A stretch of 64,000 nt of DNA from an uncultured Gammaproteobacteria bacterium (lineage in GTDB: Bacteria > Patescibacteriota > Patescibacteriia > UBA9934 > GWF2-40-263): positions 110,039 through 174,038 of the forward strand of contig CAZIDX010000003.1 of the NCBI GenBank assembly GCA_964538435.1. The letters are read 5' to 3'. The notes beneath the pieces are model-generated. The model made no database searches, was not told the origin of the DNA, and saw only the letters and a list, made by a program, of their open reading frames with translations. A program made the translations under genes and the position numbers. Within the stretch, counting starts at the first letter, position 1. Every line of letters starts with the position of its first letter. Shown here one piece after another: positions 22,930 to 30,093 of the stretch.

Positions 22930-22941
22930 AAGGGTAATTCT

Positions 22942-23823
22942 ATGCAAATACGAAAAGCCATTATTCCGGTCGCAGGAATGGGAACACGTTTCCTCCCGGC
23001 CTCAAAAGCACAGCCAAAAGAAATGCTGGCTGTAGTCGACAAACCAATCATTCAATACATCGTTGAAGAAGCTGTTGCCAGCGGCATTGAGGAGATCATC
23101 TTCGTCACTGCCATTGGAAAACGCGCCATCGAAGATCACTTCGACCGCAACTTCGAACTTGAATACCGTCTTCAGCAAAAAGGAAAAGACGAGGTCTACG
23201 CAGAGGTGGCAAAAATCGGCAAACTCGCCAAGTTCGCCTTTGTCCGCCAAAACAAACCTCTTGGTGATGGGCACGCCGTGCTCTCAGCCCTCCCCTTCAT
23301 CGAGGCACATGAACCTGTAGCTGTTCTCTTTGGAGACGACATCATTGACTCAGGGCGCAACAAACCAGCCCTCAAGCAACTCATGGACGTCTATCACAAA
23401 TATGGCGACCCCGTATCAGCGCTCATGCAAGTTCCCAAAAAAGAAGTGTACCGCTACGGAGTCATCGATGGTGTTGAGGTGTCAGACGGTGTTTGGGAGA
23501 TCAATAAGTTTGTTGAAAAACCACCAGTTGAAAAAGCTCCTTCAAACCTCGTTCACATTGGCCGCGAAATCCTCACACCAGATATCCTTCAACTTCTTCC
23601 GCAAGTACAAGCTGGAAATGGTGGTGAGATACGACTTGCCGACGCATTCGCCGAGTATATCAAACAAAAACGGGCGCTCTACGGCTGTGTATTCAAAGGC
23701 ACACGCTACGACTGCGGAGACAAACTTGGTTTCCTAAAAGCTCAAATCGAGCTCGGTCTCAAGCACCCTGAGATCGGAAAAAGTCTCAAACGCTACCTCA
23801 AAAAGACAACAAAGAATCTATGA
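22942..23823 (+). CDS. galU: UTP--glucose-1-phosphate uridylyltransferase
   Basis: MQIRKAIIPVAGMGTRFLPASKAQPKEMLAVVDKPIIQYIVEEA... is the canonical GalU N-terminus. The ORF-track upstream extension was rejected. Confidence 0.9.
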   Translation: MQIRKAIIPVAGMGTRFLPASKAQPKEMLAVVDKPIIQYIVEEAVASGIEEIIFVTAIGKRAIEDHFDRNFELEYRLQQKGKDEVYAEVAKIGKLAKFAFVRQNKPLGDGHAVLSALPFIEAHEPVAVLFGDDIIDSGRNKPALKQLMDVYHKYGDPVSALMQVPKKEVYRYGVIDGVEVSDGVWEINKFVEKPPVEKAPSNLVHIGREILTPDILQLLPQVQAGNGGEIRLADAFAEYIKQKRALYGCVFKGTRYDCGDKLGFLKAQIELGLKHPEIGKSLKRYLKKTTKNL

Positions 23824-25193
23824 ACCTCAGGTCATTTCGATTAATTCTTCTCGTGCTTGTATTCGCACTCGTCACATCAGGTTGCGGAGGACCCTCAGCA
23901 GCCGAGCGCGCAGCAAACACATCTGTCACACTCTCAGTGTGGCGCGTGTTTGATGACGACGAAACATTTGACACCCTGATGAGGTCTTACCAATCAATTC
24001 ACCCAAACGTTTCGTTTGAATACCGAGAAATGCGTTTTGATGAATACGAAGACGAACTCATCCGGGCCTTTGCAGAAGGAACAGGACCGGATATTTTTTC
24101 TGTTCACAACACCTGGCTTGGAGGCTACGAGAGTCTTATCTCACCAATGCCAGATTCTGTAAGCATCCCTTACTGCGAAACACGAGGGAGCATCAAAAAA
24201 GAAACGGTCTGCACCATCCAGGAAGAACCAACAATTTCTCAACGAACACTCAAAAACGATTTTGTTGACGTGGTTGCAGAAGACGTTATTCGCTCATACA
24301 AAGCAACAAGCAAATCCGAGGCTGAGGACCGTATCTTTGGTCTTCCAATGGGAGTTGATACACTTGCCCTCTTCTACAACAGAGATCTCCTCAACGCCGC
24401 CGGCCTCCCTGAACCTGCCTACGACTGGACACAGTTCCAGGAGCACGTAACAGCACTCACAACCCTTGGATCCGACGAGGAAATCAAACAATCAGGAGCA
24501 GCTATTGGAACAAGCCAAAACGTTGAGCGTGCCTTTGACATCATCTCCGTACTCATGATGCAAAACGGAACAACAATGACAGATTCTCGTGGACGCGCAA
24601 CCTTTGGAAACGATGTAGATGGAGAATACTTCGCAGGACAAGCCACACGCTTCTACACAGACTTTGCCAACCCACTCAAACAGGTCTACACCTGGAACGA
24701 AGACATGGAAGATTCTTTTGATGCATTCACAAGTGGAGCAACAGCCTACTTCTTTGGCTATTCCTACCACCATGACCTCATCATGACAGCAAATGAAAAG
24801 ATGAACCTCGGCATTGCACCTCTTCCTCAAATCGATGGTGGGAAAACCGTTAACTACGCAAACTACTGGGTCGAAACCGTTGCCAAATCAACAGATCACG
24901 AAGACTGGGCCTGGGACTTTATCGAATTCGCTGCCTCAGCTGACCGAGTCGATAGCTACCTAAGCACTGCCAAAAAACCAACCGCTCTGCGAGCACTTAT
25001 CAACGATCAAGTCGACGACGAAGTACTCTCAGTATTTGCCGGACAAACACTCACAGCCGAAAGTTGGTACAAAGGAGATGAGGTTGCTGTTGTAGAAGAA
25101 GCGCTTCTTGACCTCATTAACGCCTTCCTTGCAGGCGAAGAACAAGAACGCGCTCTCAAAGATGCACAAAACAAAGTGAACCAAACTCTATGA
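23820..25193 (+). CDS. ABC-transporter extracellular solute-binding lipoprotein (family 1, sugar-type)
   Basis: Lipobox LVTSGCGG, and SBP-1-like sequence throughout. Confidence 0.7.
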   Translation: MNLRSFRLILLVLVFALVTSGCGGPSAAERAANTSVTLSVWRVFDDDETFDTLMRSYQSIHPNVSFEYREMRFDEYEDELIRAFAEGTGPDIFSVHNTWLGGYESLISPMPDSVSIPYCETRGSIKKETVCTIQEEPTISQRTLKNDFVDVVAEDVIRSYKATSKSEAEDRIFGLPMGVDTLALFYNRDLLNAAGLPEPAYDWTQFQEHVTALTTLGSDEEIKQSGAAIGTSQNVERAFDIISVLMMQNGTTMTDSRGRATFGNDVDGEYFAGQATRFYTDFANPLKQVYTWNEDMEDSFDAFTSGATAYFFGYSYHHDLIMTANEKMNLGIAPLPQIDGGKTVNYANYWVETVAKSTDHEDWAWDFIEFAASADRVDSYLSTAKKPTALRALINDQVDDEVLSVFAGQTLTAESWYKGDEVAVVEEALLDLINAFLAGEEQERALKDAQNKVNQTL

Positions 25194-25936
25194 TCCGTCG
25201 GATCCTCCTCTCAACTCTCCTATTCCTACTTCTACTTGCACCACAGGTCGGCTTAGCCTATGACAGCGGCATCTGCAGCGCAGATCCATGCGAAGCACAT
25301 GAAGTCGGACCACTCATGCAAGACATTTCCAAAGAGTGTGGAAACTCAGGAACATGCTCTCTAGCTGACATCATGACCGTCTTTGCAAACGCAGGTAACT
25401 ACATCTTGGGAATCATTGGTGGAATCGTCCTGCTCATGTATGTCATTGGAGGAATCTACATGCTCACATCAGGAGGAAAACCAGATCGCGTAACAAAAGG
25501 AAAAAAATACCTTACCGTCTCCACCATGGGACTCCTCATTGTCCTGTTTGCCTTCCTGGGAATCCATTCTCTGCAAAGCGCCATTGTCTCAGGAACATTC
25601 TTTACCCCTTATCCAGACGGAGACGGCTACTATGTATGCACAGATGAATCTGTGGGGCGCCCATGTGGTTTAAACCAAACCTGCCAGAGCGACCTCTCGT
25701 GTAAAGACAAGTGCACGTTGCAATACGGAGGCGGAACAGAAGACGTAGACACCGGATCTTACAAGATCTTCTCGGGATTTGCGTGTGTTGATCGCGACAA
25801 CACACTTGATCAAAACGAAGCAGACGCAGAAACAAGCTGGAATGGCTGGTATGACAGCACAACATGCATGTCAAACTTATGCCCTGGCGACACTGCTGTT
25901 CAATGCTGTAAAAAGTATATTGTTGTCCCTTACTAG
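25190..25936 (+). CDS. pilin-like exported two-TM protein (paralog 1 of 5) with an extra Cys-rich C-terminal domain
   Basis: Signal peptide, then the conserved hairpin ILGIIGGIVLLMYVIGGIYMLTSGGKPDRVTKGKKYLTVSTMGLLIVLFAFLG. About 110 aa carrying 12+ Cys follow (CTDESVGRPCGLNQTCQSDLSCKDKC...CCKK). Confidence 0.55.
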   Translation: MIRRILLSTLLFLLLLAPQVGLAYDSGICSADPCEAHEVGPLMQDISKECGNSGTCSLADIMTVFANAGNYILGIIGGIVLLMYVIGGIYMLTSGGKPDRVTKGKKYLTVSTMGLLIVLFAFLGIHSLQSAIVSGTFFTPYPDGDGYYVCTDESVGRPCGLNQTCQSDLSCKDKCTLQYGGGTEDVDTGSYKIFSGFACVDRDNTLDQNEADAETSWNGWYDSTTCMSNLCPGDTAVQCCKKYIVVPY

Positions 25937-25944
25937 AAAAAAAT

Positions 25945-26277
25945 ATGAAAAAAGCAATTATTGTTTCAGTAATACTGATCCACCTCCCAAACATCGCTCT
26001 TGCAACACAGCTAGAAGACCCTCTCTCAACAGGAGGGGATCTCAATGTCGTGATCGCACGCCTCATCCAGGCCCTGCTCGGAATCGTCGGAGGTCTAGCA
26101 CTCCTCATGTTTATCTGGGGTGGTTTTCTCTGGCTCACTTCAATGGGATCACCAGACAAAATCAAAAAAGGGAAAGACACGCTCATCTGGGCCACAATCG
26201 GAATCGCCATAATCCTCATGGCTTACACACTTGTCAAAACCGTTATCATGGCCCTTGAATCCGGAACAGTTTACTAG
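25945..26277 (+). CDS. pilin-like exported two-TM protein (paralog 2)
   Basis: Signal peptide (..IALATQ), then LLGIVGGLALLMFIWGGFLWLTSMGSPDKIKKGKDTLIWATIGIAIILMAYTLV. Confidence 0.55.
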   Translation: MKKAIIVSVILIHLPNIALATQLEDPLSTGGDLNVVIARLIQALLGIVGGLALLMFIWGGFLWLTSMGSPDKIKKGKDTLIWATIGIAIILMAYTLVKTVIMALESGTVY

Positions 26278-26410
26278 ACCTGTGTGGATATCTTTTTCCC
26301 GCCAATCCAAAAAACCGGTAAAATATAACAAAACTTCTTAACTTATTTCTAATTGTTTAATTTCCTTTGTTCCTGAGGCTAACTCAGGAATATGAAAGGG
26401 GGTGACGTCT

Positions 26411-26851
26411 ATGTACACATTATCTAAACGACACGTCGGCTACCTTCTAGGTGCCGCAATCGCACTCTCTATCGGTGCACTTTTGTTCATCGGTATTGAT
26501 AGCGCGCATGCTCAAGCCCTTGGAGCTGACGACCTTTTTGGTGGTTATGATGGAGACAGCTTTGCAGGAGAAGCTGGACTTGGTGACGCAGATCTAGTAG
26601 ACACCATTGCACAGATCATCCGAATCGCACTTGGATTCCTCGGAATCATCGCTGTGGTAATCATCTTGCTTGGTGGATTCAAGTGGATGACAGCTGGCGG
26701 AAACGACGACAAGGTCAAAGATGCAAAGAAGCTTATCTTCTCTGGAATCATCGGTCTCGTTATCGTGCTTACTGCATACGCAATCGCAAGCTTCGTGATC
26801 GACTCAATCATGACAGCAACCGCAGGTGGCGGAGGTGGAGACGCAGGTTAA
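26411..26851 (+). CDS. pilin-like exported two-TM protein (paralog 3), Gly/Asp-rich N-terminal region and poly-Gly tail
   Basis: ATG 9 nt after RBS gaaaggggg. ...IALGFLGIIAVVIILLGGFKWMTAGGNDDKVKDAKKLIFSGIIGLVIVLTAYAIA. Confidence 0.55.
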   Translation: MYTLSKRHVGYLLGAAIALSIGALLFIGIDSAHAQALGADDLFGGYDGDSFAGEAGLGDADLVDTIAQIIRIALGFLGIIAVVIILLGGFKWMTAGGNDDKVKDAKKLIFSGIIGLVIVLTAYAIASFVIDSIMTATAGGGGGDAG

Positions 26852-26940
26852 TTTCAGCAACATCCCCTATCCATCTTGGATGGGGGCTTGCCTTGCTCCC
26901 GAGAGTCTTCTCTAGAGAGCAAGGTTAGCTAGCAAACCCT

Positions 26941-27357
26941 ATGACAAAAACCAAAAAGATTGCTCTTGTTATTGTGGCTGCAATGGCCCTAGCAGGACTC
27001 ATGCTCGCTCTCACACCAGCCCCTGTATCAGCTGACGTGGCTGCAACACTATCAGAAGGACTTGGAAAAGCCGCAGGAGATAATTACGACACAGGAGGTA
27101 CACTCCCTGGATTTGCAGGAAATATTATTAGCGCGCTATTAGCCGCAACTGGAATGATTTTCCTTGTCATTACTGTGTACGCCGGTGTTATGTACATGAC
27201 AGCAGCCGGAGACGAAGCAAAGGTAAAAAAAGGGAAAGCCATGCTGGTGCAATCCATGATAGGCCTGATCATTATCATTGGCGCCTACGCCTTCACCAAG
27301 TTCGTTATTGATGAAATCGGTGCTGCAGCAGACGCCGGAACACCAACACAAGAATAA
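26941..27357 (+). CDS. pilin-like exported two-TM protein (paralog 4)
   Basis: Signal peptide ..PVSADVA, then ISALLAATGMIFLVITVYAGVMYMTAAGDEAKVKKGKAMLVQSMIGLIIIIGAYAF. Confidence 0.55.
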   Translation: MTKTKKIALVIVAAMALAGLMLALTPAPVSADVAATLSEGLGKAAGDNYDTGGTLPGFAGNIISALLAATGMIFLVITVYAGVMYMTAAGDEAKVKKGKAMLVQSMIGLIIIIGAYAFTKFVIDEIGAAADAGTPTQE

Positions 27358-27392
27358 TTTCAAATAAACCAATTAGCCGTTAACACACACCT

Positions 27393-27776
27393 ATGAAAAA
27401 GCTCTTCCACAAATATGGTGCTTGGCTCTCAACCCTCCCTGTGCTGCTTCTTCCAGTAGCAGCAAACGCACAATTGTCAGAGGCTGGCGAACACCTCGAC
27501 ACTGTAGCAACAGGAATCGGAGCTGATGCCCAAAATGATCTTCCAACACTTATCGGAAACATCATTGCTGTGCTTCTCTCAGTTCTTGGAATCATCTTCG
27601 TTGTACTTGTTGTATACGCAGGTTTCCTCTATCTCACCTCACAAGGTGAAGAAGACAAGGTTAAGAAAGCAAAGAAGCTTCTCAGCCAGGCTGTCATCGG
27701 ACTCGTGCTCATCATCGCAGCTTACGCAATCGCAGACTTCGTGATTGCCTCACTCGTAGACGTAGCAAGCACCTAG
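27393..27776 (+). CDS. pilin-like exported two-TM protein (paralog 5)
   Basis: Signal peptide ..VAANAQ, then IIAVLLSVLGIIFVVLVVYAGFLYLTSQGEEDKVKKAKKLLSQAVIGLVLIIAAYAIA. Confidence 0.55.
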   Translation: MKKLFHKYGAWLSTLPVLLLPVAANAQLSEAGEHLDTVATGIGADAQNDLPTLIGNIIAVLLSVLGIIFVVLVVYAGFLYLTSQGEEDKVKKAKKLLSQAVIGLVLIIAAYAIADFVIASLVDVAST

Positions 27777-27802
27777 CCGCAGATCAAATCCACAAACAAC
27801 AA

Positions 27803-27827
27803 GACCCGGAGCAATCCGGGTTTTTTG
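27803..27827 (+). terminator. rho-independent terminator acccggagcaatccgggtttttt ending the pilin-like array
   Basis: 7-bp GC stem plus T6. The sequence downstream switches abruptly to >60% GC. Confidence 0.75.
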
Positions 27828-27950
27828 TTAGCAAAATACAACCGCCCCCGAGAACCTGAATCTGTTTCCAGACCAGGCCCTGCGGGGGCGTCGTTGTTTG
27901 CCATGGCGTTCCCATGGCTAGGACCACTGCTTGAGCAGCCCTCGTGGATC

Positions 27951-28868
27951 TCAGTCCCACACGCGAGCACCTTCGGTGCCATCGTAGTCCCAGGACCCAC
28001 CTCGGTCGTTGCCGCCGTAGTGAGCGCGGCCCTTTCCGTTACGCGGGTGCTTGACCCACACCTGATGGTGCACGAGCAGGCCCGAGTAGGGATCCAGCAC
28101 CTCTTCGTACTCACCCTCCAGCGGCACCAGATACCAGACCGTGATGTCATCACTGGACTTCCAGTTCATCCAGAGGCTCTGGACAACCCGCGGGTTCACA
28201 CCCTTGTAGGCGATCGGGTCGGTGTGACCATCGCCATCCAGGTCCGCGTACACCGGAACGAAACCCGAGGGCTGACCTGGCTCGGCCGAAACCGGCATGG
28301 GGTTACCCTTGTTGATGACCACCACGCGAACCTCGGAGTAACCCTCAGCCCACGTCTTGGCACCAGAGCTCAGGCGCTGAAGATGCAACCGACCCGAGCC
28401 AGGAAGCTCGCTGACGCTCACCCGGCTGGGCGTGGACACCCGACGATGCGAGGTGCCACCGTACACGACCCGCCGTGGGCCCTGCGTGCCGCGCTGCTGC
28501 GCAACCGGCCCCGGCATCGGCTGTGCCGGCACAGGCACCTGCTCGGTGCTCGCCGTACTCTGCATGGCTGCCAGGTCGCCCTGGATCTCTCGGATCTGGG
28601 CGTTGAGCTCGTCCACCTGGGACGAAAGACTCTCTGCCAGCGACGAATCCTCTTCGGACCGCGCTTCCATGACCGAGATCTTCGCAACCAGGATGCACTG
28701 CTGCACGCGCAGCGTCTGCACCTCGAGCAGGTCACTGTAGTTGGTGCCGAGGCACTCGGCGCGCTTGTCAGCGTACCAGTCGTCGAGCTCGTCGGCGCTG
28801 GCGCTCAGGGGGACGATCAGAAGAAGGGTGACCAGGATGGCCAGAAGGATGGTTTCGATGGTCTTCAT
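27951..28868 (-). CDS. secreted hypothetical protein with a coiled-coil and a DxDGDG (FG-GAP/Ca-binding-like) motif; high-GC island
   Basis: GGAGGA RBS and signal peptide MKTIETILLAILVTLLLIVPLSASA. ...VYADLDGDGHTDPIAYKG... The opposite-strand ORF 27825..28949 is rejected as antisense. Confidence 0.5.
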   Translation of the reverse strand: MKTIETILLAILVTLLLIVPLSASADELDDWYADKRAECLGTNYSDLLEVQTLRVQQCILVAKISVMEARSEEDSSLAESLSSQVDELNAQIREIQGDLAAMQSTASTEQVPVPAQPMPGPVAQQRGTQGPRRVVYGGTSHRRVSTPSRVSVSELPGSGRLHLQRLSSGAKTWAEGYSEVRVVVINKGNPMPVSAEPGQPSGFVPVYADLDGDGHTDPIAYKGVNPRVVQSLWMNWKSSDDITVWYLVPLEGEYEEVLDPYSGLLVHHQVWVKHPRNGKGRAHYGGNDRGGSWDYDGTEGARVWD

Positions 28869-28949
28869 GGATTCCTCCGGGCCGCCTCAGGCGACCACGC
28901 AAGTAGATGTGTGCGTGGTCAACCCGAGACTATCCCAAGCCGACCGTGA

Positions 28950-29510
28950 TCAGGGGTTGGCGATCTTGCCGATCGCCTCGGTCTGCCAGTCGTTGCGCGC
29001 ACGCTCTTCCCGCACGCACGCAGCGATCTCGCTGAGTGTGACCGGATTCTCCGGGCACGTGGCGCTGGGGTCGATGGCCTCGCTTGCAGATGCCGGACTC
29101 ACGGTGTAGCCCTGCTGCCCCAGAACGGGCAGGTCTGGACCGGCTTGCACGGGGATCGCGCCACCAGGACCTGGGCCCACGGTGATCACGTCCGGAGCGA
29201 CCTGGCCGTAGCCGTAGTAGCCACCACCGTAACCGCCGTACATGCCGTAGCCGGTGTAGCCGGCCGACAGGCTGGTGCCATGCTCGCTGGTCTGCATGGA
29301 GATGGGCATGCCCTGCTCCACCGCGACGCGGGCCGTCTCGGCGTTGTAGCCGGTCGTGTCCGCGTTCATGACCGCGACAGCTCCACCTGCCGGTCCGTTG
29401 TAGTCCACCCGCATCACATCCCCATCCGGGGACTGACGCAGACTCGTCACATGCGCTGCACATCCCTGCATCAGCAGGGCCAGCACAATCAAGCTCAGGA
29501 TGCGATTCAT
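28950..29510 (-). CDS. probable lipoprotein with a Gly/Tyr-rich low-complexity segment; high-GC island
   Basis: AAGGAGG RBS before MNRILSLIVLALLMQGCAAH. ...GYTGYGMYGGYGGGYYGYG... Confidence 0.45.
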   Translation of the reverse strand: MNRILSLIVLALLMQGCAAHVTSLRQSPDGDVMRVDYNGPAGGAVAVMNADTTGYNAETARVAVEQGMPISMQTSEHGTSLSAGYTGYGMYGGYGGGYYGYGQVAPDVITVGPGPGGAIPVQAGPDLPVLGQQGYTVSPASASEAIDPSATCPENPVTLSEIAACVREERARNDWQTEAIGKIANP

Positions 29511-30093
29511 CGCTTCCTCCTTCATACCAACTCACCCTGCTGGGCTGTCGGCTCTGTGTGATTGTGATTCTCTGAGTAGCAGTTAGCGAAACTCAAGTGA
29601 TCTACTCGCTCTTCGCTAACCGCTACTCGCTTCTTAAAGGTACAAAAAAGGCAGCGATGTCGAGGGGGGTTCCGCCTATCAACAGATATGCGGTACATCG
29701 ATGCCTTATTTGACCCCTCAAATATCATATTTTCTAACGAACAACTATACCACAAAATGGCCATTTTGTCAATACATTTAAACACTCTCAAACACTCTCA
29801 AAGTCCAGCTTCCGAAGTCCAGCTTTGGAAGCTGGACTTCGAATTTGAGTTTATAAAATGAAAAACAATAAAATTTGAAAATGTGTTATCTGCAGACAAA
29901 ATATTTCAATCTGTTTCATTCTTTTGATAGTAATTCAAAACAATCGAAAGACCGGTGCCAGCCTCACACTTCCCGAAGGTTGTGAAGGCCGGACACCGGT
30001 CCGTTTCGTACTCAGGTCTTTCGCGCCTGAGCGTAGAGCTCTACGAACGTAACACGAGGGTCACTCAAGCTCGCGGAGGGGATCAAACCCTCA

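Noticed and set aside
22621-22941. Upstream extension of the galU ORF (start 22621), overlapping the previous gene
   Set aside because: The GalU homology begins at MQIRKAII (22942), preceded by a promoter-like element. The extension is P/S/R-rich with no homology.
25602-26219. 205-aa minus-strand ORF across pilin-like paralogs 1 and 2
   Set aside because: It is antisense to two conserved paralogous genes and has no signal or motif.
25190-27776. Interpretation of the five small two-TM proteins as holins or class II bacteriocins
   Set aside because: All have canonical Sec signal peptides with AxA cleavage sites and lack the double-glycine leader or the charged holin C-terminus. The topology fits pilin-like hairpins better.
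27825-28949. 374-aa plus-strand ORF in the high-GC island
   Set aside because: It is antisense to the minus-strand gene that has an RBS and a signal peptide. Arg/His/Gly-rich composition is typical of spurious ORFs in GC-rich DNA.
29750-29820. Short direct repeats (aaacactctc x2, gtccagctt x2) considered as a possible CRISPR array
   Set aside because: Only two copies, an irregular 10-11-nt unit, and no spacer-repeat periodicity or cas genes. They are treated as regulatory repeats or a palindrome.
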